Source of the DNA: Clostridiales bacterium
GTDB lineage: Bacteria; Acidobacteriota; Aminicenantia; Aminicenantales; UBA8522
Direction: 5' to 3'
Length of the DNA stretch: 64,000 nucleotides
Assembly: GCA_029907205.1 (NCBI GenBank)
Contig: JARYMI010000016.1
Span: 959 to 64,958, forward strand
The notes beneath the pieces were generated by a model. That model ran no database searches. It was not told the origin of the DNA and worked only from the letters and a program-made list of their open reading frames with translations. A program made the position numbers and the translations under genes. This document shows, piece by piece, positions 9,749 to 18,546 of this stretch (positions are counted from its first letter, which is position 1; each line of letters opens with the position of its first letter).

Positions 9749-9892
9749 GACCCCGGTATTTATCTCCTCCTAGACTTCGCCCCGGGGCGAGAAATAGACC
9801 ATGTCCATCTCATCGCCAGCTCCGAAACGCCCGAAGCTCTTATCATCCTAAAAATAAAAAAGTAAGAAAACCGGCTGCCGCAGATTAAGTGA
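9749..9892 (+). pseudogene. Collapsed relic of a Y1 HUH (RAYT/IS200-like) transposase
   Basis: Frame from 9749 reads ...DHVHLIASSETPEAL-IILKIKK*: HUH motif plus basic tail, directly inside repeat copy 4. Confidence 0.55.
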
Positions 9893-9911
9893 ATTACGTA
9901 TGCTGTCCCCC
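9889..9911 (-). repeat. Dispersed repeat, copy 4 (reverse), followed by (CTGAATG)x3
   Basis: Reverse complement gggggacagcatacgtaattcac; ctgaatgctgaatgctgaatg at 9911-9931. Confidence 0.9.
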
Positions 9912-9935
9912 TGAATGCTGAATGCTGAATGTCTC

Positions 9936-9965
9936 TTGACACTCCGGATAAAAATAGGCTAAGGT
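9936..9965 (+). promoter_or_regulatory. sigma70-type promoter for tspO
   Basis: TTGACA-18nt-TAAGGT. Confidence 0.45.
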
Positions 9966-10018
9966 TGGGTGCGATCTTCAGCGGCGGGTTGCTCTCGTCC
10001 CCCAAGAAGGAGGACTGC

Positions 10019-10492
10019 ATGAAAAAAGCTTTGAAAATCCTGGTTTTCATTTTGTTGTGCGAGCTGGCGGGTATCATCGGCTCCGTTTTTACGACGCCTT
10101 CGATCCCCGGGTGGTACGCAGGACTGTCCAAACCGCCGTTCAACCCGCCCAACTGGGTGTTTGCGCCGGTCTGGACTATCCTTTACGCCCTGATGGGACT
10201 CTCCGCTTATCTCGTTTTTGAAAAAGGCCCGGGGAGAAGCGACGTCAGGAAAGCCCTGGCGGTTTTCGCCGGGCAGCTTGTCCTCAACGCGCTCTGGTCG
10301 ATCGTCTTCTTTGGGGCGCACATGATCCTCGGCGCCGTCGTCGTCATCATCCTTTTATGGGGAATGATTCTCGCGTCGATCCTGCTGTTCTCGAAGATTT
10401 CCAGGGCGGCGGCGTATCTGCTCATTCCCTATATGATGTGGGTCAGCTTCGCGACGATCCTGAATATTTCCCTATACGTTCTCAACCGTTGA
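10019..10492 (+). CDS. tspO: TspO/MBR tryptophan-rich sensory protein
   Basis: WY..L.KPPFNPPNWVFAPVWT.LY, LN..WS..FFG, LLIPY..WVSFA..LN; AGGAGG RBS before ATG 10019. Confidence 0.95.
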   Translation: MKKALKILVFILLCELAGIIGSVFTTPSIPGWYAGLSKPPFNPPNWVFAPVWTILYALMGLSAYLVFEKGPGRSDVRKALAVFAGQLVLNALWSIVFFGAHMILGAVVVIILLWGMILASILLFSKISRAAAYLLIPYMMWVSFATILNISLYVLNR

Positions 10493-10499
10493 GCCGCTG

Positions 10500-11135
10500 T
10501 CAGAGCGGCAGGTTCATCCGTTTCAGCAGTTCCTGGAATCGCGGCTCATCACGGAGAGCATCGTATTCCCCGCCGTGCACGCGGATCCACGGCAATACGG
10601 GAACACGGTCCCGGTAGCAGGCTTCCAGCAGGTCGAGCGCCTTGCTTTTCTCTCCGAGGGCGGCGTAAATCTGCGCTGTAAACCAGGCTCGCGACGCGTC
10701 CATGTGTTCGGCGATATCCAGCGCCTCCTGTCTCCGCCCGGCGTAGGCCAGCGGCTCCGCCAGGTCGATCTCCACAGCCTCGTGGAGATACTTTAATCCC
10801 CGGTCGATATTCTCCTCGGTGTACTGCGTTATATGATAGATCCCTCTGAGATAAGCCTCATACACCGCAGGGTTCACCTTGCGGGGTGACGAAAAGCGGG
10901 TCTGCTGCTCGGGCGTCAGCAGGACTTTGACTTCCCGCGCCACGCCCTAAACGACCTCGCTTTGCACGCGCAGCAACCGCGCTCCTGCGGCGGAGTCCGC
11001 CAGGGCGCCGGCCCGGTTAACCTTGAGGGCTACGGGACGGTCGAGCTGGATATCGCGCGCCTTCCAGACCTCGCCCATTCCGCCTTCGCCGAGTTTATCG
11101 AGGATCAGGTACTGAGCGATGGTCCGGCCGATCAC
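10500..11135 (-). pseudogene. Internally deleted Ser/Thr kinase-TolB-like-TPR gene with an in-frame TAG
   Basis: [15 protein letters not shown], then jump to VQSEVV*GVAREVK, TPR parts and the DALRDEPRFQELLKRMNL tail, all in one frame. Confidence 0.8.
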
Positions 11136-11341
11136 AGCTTGCCGCCTCCGGACGGGCCACAGAACCGCCCGTCGTCCTGAGAATTCTTTATGATGGAGTG
11201 TCCGAGCGCCAATTTCGCCTCAAATCATCGACGGGAATGATAAATCGGGGCCTCACGGATGTCAAATTGAGCTGAAAGGTGCTTCATTTTGTGAATGAGT
11301 CAAGCTAAGAAAGAACCGGTCGCCGATTAAGATAGGAATGC

Positions 11342-12826
11342 TTATTCCTCGGCGAACGCATCCTTGAGGAGCTGGCTCTGCCGGCTGAAGGCCACCCGCG
11401 GGCTCCTGGTTTCCTTCATCAGCGAGATTTCCTGGGTGACGAGGCGGGCGATGTGCATCGTCTGCGCTGCGGCTTTGCGCGACTCCCTCTGGAAGAGAGG
11501 ATGATCGCGGTTGATATAGACGACATTTCCCTCAGAGAAGCATTCCGGCCCGAGCGGGCCAAAAAAATCGAGGCAGACCGAAACGCTCTCGGTTCCCATC
11601 CGCATCCTCCGGACGATGGCGTTCGGGGTGACTCTTTTGACCAGAGGATGGCGCTTCTTCTTTCTTTTTGGCAACCCCTCCGCCTCCTTCCCCGCCTTCG
11701 CCTCTCGGGGCTTGACTTCTGCTTCTTTTAGGGCCTTGCCTTTAGCTCCGATAACGGCGCCGCTTCCGGCCTCCCCCGGTTCGCCATACTCAATCGGGCC
11801 GAAGGGCGAGAGGTCAGGGTTGCGGGCCAGTGCTTTATGAATGCGCTCGAGGGCCTCGTTGACGGCCCGGCTCGCACGGCGCTGCTCGCTCCGGTCAGCT
11901 TCCTTGCCCAGGGCTTTCCCGATGACACCGACGACTTTTTCCATGATCTTGAGGAATTCCTGGTACTCGCCGGAATCGACGATAAAGCCCGACCGGTCGG
12001 AGGTGATGGGAAGGAAATCGGCGTTGATTTCTCCTTTGACCCGGGCTACCGCCTTTCCCCATGTTTCCATGCCGAAGAGGTCTTTTATCACCGTCGCGCC
12101 CCTGACTTTTATCTCGATACCCAGGTCCTTGAAGTCGGCGGCCGACTTCGGGGTGATGACGATTTCTCCGGTGACGGGGCCATACTTTGTGCCTTCAAGA
12201 AGCGGGATCCTGCGACCGATGATGCTCCGGGGGTAGAGGCGCCTGCCGTTGACGTAAACGGTAAATTCCGGAGCCTTGAGGGGAACGCTTTCCATGAGCT
12301 TCCTCTCCACGTCCTCGACGAGAAACGACTTCGAAAGCCCTGAGAGGATGACGCTCGTTCCATCGCCCCGCCGGGGGTCGGGCGCGAGAATCTCACAGGG
12401 GATATGCCATTCGTCTTTTGCTTCCTCCCAGGCTTTCTTGTCGAAAACAACCCGGGCGGCAAAATCCCTGTGCTGGGTGATGAGCTCGAAACGCGAGGCA
12501 GCAGCGAGGGAAGCGAATTTCCCGATGCCGAACTGGCCGATCCGGAGGCGTCCGAACCGGGGCGAGCGGGAATGGACGACCTTCTCGTCCGACCCGATGA
12601 TAAAATATTGTTTCAGGCCGGCGAGGTCCATGCCCGTGCCGTTGTCGCTGACGGTTATCCGAGCGGGCGAGATTTCGACGCGCACCTCTGTGGCGTCGGC
12701 GTCGTAGGCGTTGTTCACGAGCTCGCGGAGGAGCTCGACGCTTTCCGCGTAGAGGCGCTCGCCAATCGAGACGATGTGGCGCTTGTCGACGGTTACTTCG
12801 AGGCTTTTTTTCTCTTTAACGTCCAT
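11342..12826 (-). CDS. GHKL (MORC/HATPase_c_3-like) ATPase
   Basis: ELVNNAYDA, DNGTGM, GQFGIG, GT boxes followed by an S5-like region (GEINADFL..TSDR). Confidence 0.85.
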   Translation of the reverse strand: MDVKEKKSLEVTVDKRHIVSIGERLYAESVELLRELVNNAYDADATEVRVEISPARITVSDNGTGMDLAGLKQYFIIGSDEKVVHSRSPRFGRLRIGQFGIGKFASLAAASRFELITQHRDFAARVVFDKKAWEEAKDEWHIPCEILAPDPRRGDGTSVILSGLSKSFLVEDVERKLMESVPLKAPEFTVYVNGRRLYPRSIIGRRIPLLEGTKYGPVTGEIVITPKSAADFKDLGIEIKVRGATVIKDLFGMETWGKAVARVKGEINADFLPITSDRSGFIVDSGEYQEFLKIMEKVVGVIGKALGKEADRSEQRRASRAVNEALERIHKALARNPDLSPFGPIEYGEPGEAGSGAVIGAKGKALKEAEVKPREAKAGKEAEGLPKRKKKRHPLVKRVTPNAIVRRMRMGTESVSVCLDFFGPLGPECFSEGNVVYINRDHPLFQRESRKAAAQTMHIARLVTQEISLMKETRSPRVAFSRQSQLLKDAFAEE

Positions 12827-12999
12827 GACGAACCTTCCCTCTGATCCGATCGCGGGGCTGACGCTCCTTCATCCCGGGACCGGAGCGCCTCAATGATATA
12901 AAATAGCAGGAGATATTTCAACGCCGATCGCAGGGGGAGCATATACAAATCGCCTGTGTTTCTGATACATTATATGAACAAAATCCATGAGTAAAGTAA

Positions 13000-13081
13000 A
13001 AGTGGGGAGAGCATACTCATTTACCTTATTTTTTGGAGAAATTGTGGAGAAATAGGGTAAACGAGTATGCTGTACCCAATT
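13000..13081. mobile_element. 82-bp REPIN/MITE-like element: repeat copies 5 (forward) and 6 (reverse) with a 30-bp spacer
   Basis: aagtggggagagcatactcatttacc ... ggtaaacgagtatgctgtacccaatt. Confidence 0.8.
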
Positions 13082-14251
13082 TTGAAGGCGGCGGCGCTGC
13101 TCCTGGCGAGCGCTCTGTTCTTTTCCCCGCTTCCTCTTTCCTCCCAGGTGTTCGATTTTCATGGCCTCGTTTCCGGCTGGGCCACAGTTTCGGGCGAAAA
13201 AGGCACACCCTTCCAGGCCGGCCTCCGCTGGCTGCCCGCTTTCTCGCTCGTCAAAACCCTTCGCGGCGAAAGCCTCCTGGACGCTGAATTATCCGTAAAC
13301 GCCCGGGGCTCGGTTAACATCCACAGCAGCGATGACATCCGCACGGACGGGAAGATTAGGCTCTACCGCGGCCAGGCCAGGTTTTCCTCGCCCCGGTTCG
13401 AGGCGAGGCTAGGTTTACAGAAAATTAGCTTCGGCTCGGCTGCTTTTCTGCGTCCGCTCATGTGGTTCGACCGCCTCGACCCGAGGGACCCGCTGCAAAT
13501 CACAGACGGCGTCTATGGCCTGCTCCTTCGGTATTATTTTCTCAACAATGCAAACGTCTGGCTGTGGGGACTCTACGGAAACGAGGACCCGAAAGGATGG
13601 GAGTTCCTTCCGACCGCGACAAAACGGCCCGAGCTGGGAGGACGTATCCAGACGCCGCTGGGCAAGGGAGAGCTTGCCCTGAGCTATCACCACCGCCGGG
13701 CCACTGTAGCAGAAAGAGAGTTATTATCACCACCACCACAACTTTCTTCTTCCTTTGCGTCCTCGAACTCAACTGCGATTCCCGAGAACCGCTATGCCCT
13801 CGACGGCAAATGGGACTTCGGCGTGGGCGTCTGGTTCGAGGCCGTCGTCATCCGTCAGCACAACGAACGTCTCCCTTATGCCCGGCAAAGGTCTTTTGTC
13901 ATCGGCGTGGATTACACTTTCGGCCTCGGAAACGGCCTCCATGTCCTCTGGGAATACTTCGAGTACACTTCCGGCGCAAACACCTGGAGCGGCGGGCAGC
14001 AGGCCCGGTTCCTTGCCGTCTCGCTCGCCCACCCCATCGGAATCCTCGACAACCTGACCGGAATCCTCTATTATGACAGAGAGAATCGTGACGTCTACAC
14101 CTTTTTCCGCTGGCAGAGGACGTACGACCGCTGGAACTTCCACCTGATGGCCTTCTGGAATCCTAAGCGCTTTCAAATCTACGGGACCGAGGCCGGCGCC
14201 AACATGTTTGCCGGAAAGGGCATCCAGGTGATGGCCGTCTTCCACTATTGA
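13067..14251 (+). CDS. Secreted/outer-membrane beta-rich hypothetical protein
   Basis: Signal peptide, GLQKISFG..FD..DPRDP motif, aromatic beta-strands, C-terminal aromatic residue; first gene of an ABC operon. Confidence 0.75.
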   Translation: MLYPILKAAALLLASALFFSPLPLSSQVFDFHGLVSGWATVSGEKGTPFQAGLRWLPAFSLVKTLRGESLLDAELSVNARGSVNIHSSDDIRTDGKIRLYRGQARFSSPRFEARLGLQKISFGSAAFLRPLMWFDRLDPRDPLQITDGVYGLLLRYYFLNNANVWLWGLYGNEDPKGWEFLPTATKRPELGGRIQTPLGKGELALSYHHRRATVAERELLSPPPQLSSSFASSNSTAIPENRYALDGKWDFGVGVWFEAVVIRQHNERLPYARQRSFVIGVDYTFGLGNGLHVLWEYFEYTSGANTWSGGQQARFLAVSLAHPIGILDNLTGILYYDRENRDVYTFFRWQRTYDRWNFHLMAFWNPKRFQIYGTEAGANMFAGKGIQVMAVFHY

Positions 14252-14270
14252 AATGGAAGGTGAACGCAAG

Positions 14271-15110
14271 ATGGAAAACGCGGCTTTGATCCAGACTAAG
14301 GACCTCGTGAAAATCTACCCGATGGGGAGCCATGAGCTCGTCGCTCTCAACAACGTGAACCTGGATTTCAAGAAAGGCGAGTTCGCCGGCCTCGTGGGAC
14401 CGAGCGGCTCTGGAAAAACGACGCTCCTCAACATCGTCGGCTCGCTCGACTCCCCTACCCGGGGAAGCGCCATCGTCATGGGAAAAAAAGTCGAGGAGCT
14501 TAGCCACAAACAGGCTGCCCGCCTCCGCAATTCGCACATCGGGTTCATCTTCCAGACGTTTAACCTCCTGCCCGTCTACACGGTCTTCGAGAATGTCGAG
14601 TTCCCGCTCCTTCTTCTCGGGTTTTCACCGGCCGAACGCAAACGCCTGGTCATGGAAGCTCTCGATTGGGTGAGGCTGGCTGATAGAGCCAGATCCAGGC
14701 CGGCTCAGCTTTCCGGCGGCGAGAGCCAGCGTGTGGCCATCGCCCGGGCCATCGTCAAGAAACCAGCCATCATCTTAGCCGACGAGCCCACGGCCAACCT
14801 CGACGCCGAGAACTCCCACAACGTCCTCCAGATTATGGAAGAGCTGAACCAAGAGACCGGAACAACCTTCATTTTCGCTACCCATGACGAAAAGGTGATC
14901 AGCTATCTGCGAAGGAAGATCACTCTGATCGACGGCAGGGTGGTCCGGGACGAGGTTATGACGCCAGAGCGCCAGCCTGAGGCAAAAGCTCAAGCCCAAG
15001 CGCAGGCGCAGGCGCAGGCTAAGCCCTCCCCGGGGCGGACCGAACAGGCTGAAGAGACAGGAGGACCGGGAGGGACGGGAACGAGAGGAGGGTCAGGAGG
15101 ACGGCGATGA
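14271..15110 (+). CDS. LolD/MacB-like ABC ATPase with AQ-repeat/Gly-rich tail
   Basis: GPSGSGKT, LSGGESQRVAIARA, ADEPTANLD, TH. Confidence 0.93.
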   Translation: MENAALIQTKDLVKIYPMGSHELVALNNVNLDFKKGEFAGLVGPSGSGKTTLLNIVGSLDSPTRGSAIVMGKKVEELSHKQAARLRNSHIGFIFQTFNLLPVYTVFENVEFPLLLLGFSPAERKRLVMEALDWVRLADRARSRPAQLSGGESQRVAIARAIVKKPAIILADEPTANLDAENSHNVLQIMEELNQETGTTFIFATHDEKVISYLRRKITLIDGRVVRDEVMTPERQPEAKAQAQAQAQAQAKPSPGRTEQAEETGGPGGTGTRGGSGGRR

Positions 15111-16291
15111 AGATTCTCTTCAAGCTGGCTCTCAGGAACCTGCTGGGCGCAGGGCTTCGAACCTGGCTCAACATCGCTGTCCTCTCCTTCGCTTTCGTGG
15201 CCATCATCTGGACCCAGGGTTTTTACCGGGGAATGAGCCGGCAGGCGATTCAAGCGTTGACCGACGCAGAGTACGGGGGTGGTCAGTACTGGCATGAACA
15301 ATACGACCCTTTTAACCCGCTGACACTCGACGATGCCCATGGACGTGTGCCGGAACCTTTACAGAAGCTCATCGAGGAGCGCAAGGCTACGGCTGTTCTT
15401 ATCATCCAGGGAACGCTCTATCCCCATGGCCGGTTCCTGCCTGTAACGGTCAGAGGAATCGACCCTGCTCAGGGAGTCCTCCTCTTTCCTTCGGAATTCT
15501 TGGAGACTGGTGACGGGAACGACGCAGAAATCCCCGCGATCATCGGGAGCCGCATGGCCCGGTCGACCGGCCTCAAGGTCGGCGACACCGTGACCCTGCG
15601 CTGGCGGGACGCGCGAGGCGCCTTCGATGCCCGCAATATCCGCATCGTCCAGGTCATGAGCACGACCGTCCAGTCCATCGACCAGGGGCAAATCTGGCTA
15701 TCCCTCGACACTCTCCGCTCGCTCGCCGGTATGGAGGGGGAAGCTACCCTAATTACGCTGGCAAAAGGAACACCTTTCTTGGAGGAAATCCCGGGCTGGT
15801 CCTACAAGAGCCCGGACGTACTGCTCAAGGACATTCATGACCTCGTCCGGAGCAAGACGCTCGGCGCGACGATTCTCTATATTATCCTCATCCTCCTGGC
15901 CATGCTGGCCATCTTTGACACCCAGGTGCTGTCCATCTTCCGCCGGAGAAAAGAAATGGGAACCTTGATGGCCATGGGCATGACCCGGCTGAAAATCATC
16001 CAGCTTTTCACCATCGAGGGCGCCTTGCATTCGGTGCTTGCGGCCCTTGTCGCGGCTGTCTACGGGATTCCCCTGCTCACGCTTTCTGCCCGGAGCGGGT
16101 GGGCCATGCCCCAGGCCGTAGATAGCTACGGGTATGCCATCGGCGAGAGAATCTTTCCCGTTTACAGCGCCGGGCTGGTCATTGGGACGACGGTCCTGGT
16201 CATGTTAGTCACGACTGTGGTCAGTTTCCTCCCGACGCGAAAGATATCCCGGCTCAAGCCCACCGACGCTTTGCGCGGGAGGATGCCATGA
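15107..16291 (+). CDS. FtsX-like (LolC/E/MacB) ABC permease
   Basis: LALRNL, large periplasmic loop, RRKEMGTLMAMGM, P.DALR tail; ATGA overlap. Confidence 0.88.
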   Translation: MKILFKLALRNLLGAGLRTWLNIAVLSFAFVAIIWTQGFYRGMSRQAIQALTDAEYGGGQYWHEQYDPFNPLTLDDAHGRVPEPLQKLIEERKATAVLIIQGTLYPHGRFLPVTVRGIDPAQGVLLFPSEFLETGDGNDAEIPAIIGSRMARSTGLKVGDTVTLRWRDARGAFDARNIRIVQVMSTTVQSIDQGQIWLSLDTLRSLAGMEGEATLITLAKGTPFLEEIPGWSYKSPDVLLKDIHDLVRSKTLGATILYIILILLAMLAIFDTQVLSIFRRRKEMGTLMAMGMTRLKIIQLFTIEGALHSVLAALVAAVYGIPLLTLSARSGWAMPQAVDSYGYAIGERIFPVYSAGLVIGTTVLVMLVTTVVSFLPTRKISRLKPTDALRGRMP

Positions 16292-17565
16292 TCAAGTTCC
16301 TCCTTAAGGGCATTCTCCGCGACCGTTCCCGGAGCCTTTTTCCCTTTCTGACCGTGACTATCGGCGTGATGCTCACCGTCTTTCTCTATTGCTATATCAA
16401 GGGTGCGGAGAGCAATTTCATCGAATCAAGTGCCCGTTTCTCCACAGGCCATGTGAAAATCATGTCCCGCGCTTATGCCGCCGAGGCTGACCAGATTCCC
16501 AATGACCTGGCTTATGTTGGCGTCGAATCCCTGCTCCTCGAGCTGAGGCAGGAGTTTCCGGATATGGTCTGGACTCCGAGAATCCGGTTTGGCGGGCTTT
16601 TAGACATCCCGGACGAAGCCGGGGAGACGCGCTCGCAGGGCACGGTGGCCGGGCTGGCCGTTGACCTTTTCGGGAGCGATAGCCCCGAGCGTCTCATCAT
16701 CAACATCGAGAAGGCCGTGGTGAGCGGGCATCTTCCGCGAAAACAGGGGGAAATCCTCATCAGTGCCGACCTCGCCACGACTCTCGATGTGCGGCCGGGA
16801 GACACAGCGACACTCATCGGCTCGACGATGCACGGCAGCATGGCCATAACGAATTTCACGGTCGCCGGCACAATCCGGTTCGGCGTCACGGCCATGGACC
16901 GGGGCGCCGTCCTGGCCGATATCCACGATATCCAGGAAGCCCTTGACATGGAGGATGCGGCCGGTGAAATCCTGGGGTTTTACAGAGGTTTTATTTATAA
17001 GGATAAGGACGCTGAAGATATGGCCAGCCGGTTCAATGCTCGGCACCACGGGCAGGGGGAGAGCGACGAATTCCTCCCGGTCATGGTGACGCTCAAGAAC
17101 CAGAGCGGCCTTGCCGACCTTCTGGCCATGATGGGGATGTTCTCGTCGGTCGTCGTCCTCATCTTCGTCGCCGCGATGTCCATCGTCCTCTGGAACGCCG
17201 GCCTGATGGGCTCGCTCCGGAGATACGGCGAGATCGGCGTGCGGCTGGCCATGGGCGAGGACAAGGGCCATCTCTACCGTTCCCTGATCGCCGAATCCAT
17301 GCTGATCGCCGTTTTCGGAACGATCGCCGGCACGACCGTGGGCGTGGCCATCGCCTACTACATCCAGGTCCACGGCATTGACATCAGTTCGTTCATGAAG
17401 AGCTCCTCCCTGATGGTCACCGATGTCCTGAGGGCCCAGGTGACGCCGGTGAGCTTCGTCATCGGGTTTCTTCCGGGCCTTGGCGCGACTTTCATCGGCA
17501 CCTCTATCTCAGGAATCGGCATCTACAGGCGGAAGACATCGACCCTGATGAAGGAGCTCGAATGA
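16288..17565 (+). CDS. FtsX-like ABC permease (second)
   Basis: TGHVKI, RRYGEIGVRLAMG, 4-TM topology; ATGA overlap. Confidence 0.88.
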   Translation: MIKFLLKGILRDRSRSLFPFLTVTIGVMLTVFLYCYIKGAESNFIESSARFSTGHVKIMSRAYAAEADQIPNDLAYVGVESLLLELRQEFPDMVWTPRIRFGGLLDIPDEAGETRSQGTVAGLAVDLFGSDSPERLIINIEKAVVSGHLPRKQGEILISADLATTLDVRPGDTATLIGSTMHGSMAITNFTVAGTIRFGVTAMDRGAVLADIHDIQEALDMEDAAGEILGFYRGFIYKDKDAEDMASRFNARHHGQGESDEFLPVMVTLKNQSGLADLLAMMGMFSSVVVLIFVAAMSIVLWNAGLMGSLRRYGEIGVRLAMGEDKGHLYRSLIAESMLIAVFGTIAGTTVGVAIAYYIQVHGIDISSFMKSSSLMVTDVLRAQVTPVSFVIGFLPGLGATFIGTSISGIGIYRRKTSTLMKELE

Positions 17566-18416
17566 TGAATCAAGGCAGGAAAAAGGCCGCTCTTGCGGAA
17601 AGGGCTAACTTTATTATTTCTATATTATTTATATATTCTATAGGAATTATAGGAAAATTGGAATCAAGCTTTTGCCTGGTTCTGGAAGGAGAGTCGGCGG
17701 CAGGGAGCAGGCAAACCTCCCTGGATAGCCAGCAAACCCCTTCGGGCGAGTGGATCTTGGGCCGCGTCGATGAAAACATCATCTCGGGGAATAAAATCAT
17801 TGCCTCTCGCATGATCATCCACGGCCGACGCGGGAGCCGCTCTATCGAGGCGAAATCGTGGATACAGGGCGAAGACAAGGCCTTCACGGAGTACCTGGCG
17901 CCAGCCCAGGAGCGGGGAACGAAGATGCTCAAGCTCGGCGACCAGTTATGGACCTACTCGCCCTCGACCGACCGGACCATCCTCATATCGGGCCACATGC
18001 TGCGGCAGTCGGTCATGGGATCAGACCTTTCCTACGAGGACATGATGGAAGAACGGAGGCTCCTCAAAATGTACGAGGCAGCGGTCATCGGTGAAGAAAC
18101 CGTGCTCGACTCTACCTGCTGGGTGTTAGAGCTTAGGGCGAAGACGCCGGACGTCGCCTATCCCTCGAGGAAAATCTGGGTGGATAAGGAGCGGTTCGTC
18201 GTCCTCAGGGAAGAGCGCTATGCCAGGAGCGGCACGCTCCTCAAGACGACCGAAGTCAAGAGCATCGTCAAGGCCCAGGGGCGATGGATTCCAGAGAGGG
18301 TCGTCTACAAGGACGCGCTCAAGGCCGGAGACGGGACGGAATTCATCGTGGATGCGATCGAGTTCGACGCCTCCATCCCTGATTATCTTTTCACCAAGGC
18401 CTCCTTGCGGAAATGA
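17562..18416 (+). CDS. LolA-like outer-membrane lipoprotein-sorting protein
   Basis: P..RGTKML..G.QLW.YSP, GSDLSYED, C..LEL.....Y....WVD motifs. Confidence 0.82.
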   Translation: MMNQGRKKAALAERANFIISILFIYSIGIIGKLESSFCLVLEGESAAGSRQTSLDSQQTPSGEWILGRVDENIISGNKIIASRMIIHGRRGSRSIEAKSWIQGEDKAFTEYLAPAQERGTKMLKLGDQLWTYSPSTDRTILISGHMLRQSVMGSDLSYEDMMEERRLLKMYEAAVIGEETVLDSTCWVLELRAKTPDVAYPSRKIWVDKERFVVLREERYARSGTLLKTTEVKSIVKAQGRWIPERVVYKDALKAGDGTEFIVDAIEFDASIPDYLFTKASLRK

Positions 18417-18418
18417 CC

Positions 18419-18546
18419 AATTGGGGGACAGCATACGTAATTACCAAAATTCCGGTAGCGGAATCCAACAAAAGGCAGGCACCGCCAAAAAGACGCCGGT
18501 GCTTGCTTCAACTGATCAACAGATCGGCAGTCTGCGGCGAAAAAAA
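18419..18546 (+). mobile_element. Partial MITE: repeat copy 7 plus a core shared with 22329-22482, right end missing
   Basis: aattgggggacagcatacgtaattacc, then agacgccggtgcttgcttc.actgatcaacagatcggcagtctgcggcg nearly identical to the second copy. Confidence 0.8.

Noticed and set aside
10947-10949. Pyrrolysine or programmed amber readthrough
   Set aside because: No pyl genes in the window and the gene is otherwise heavily deleted; a CAG>TAG nonsense change is simpler.
12931-12950. Possible extra degenerate repeat copy (cagggggagcatatac)
   Set aside because: Too short and divergent to distinguish from chance.
18220-18546. N-terminal 109 aa of the 1149-aa ORF
   Set aside because: Overlaps the LolA-like gene out of frame and the MITE; the TM-anchored protein plausibly starts at ATG 18547.
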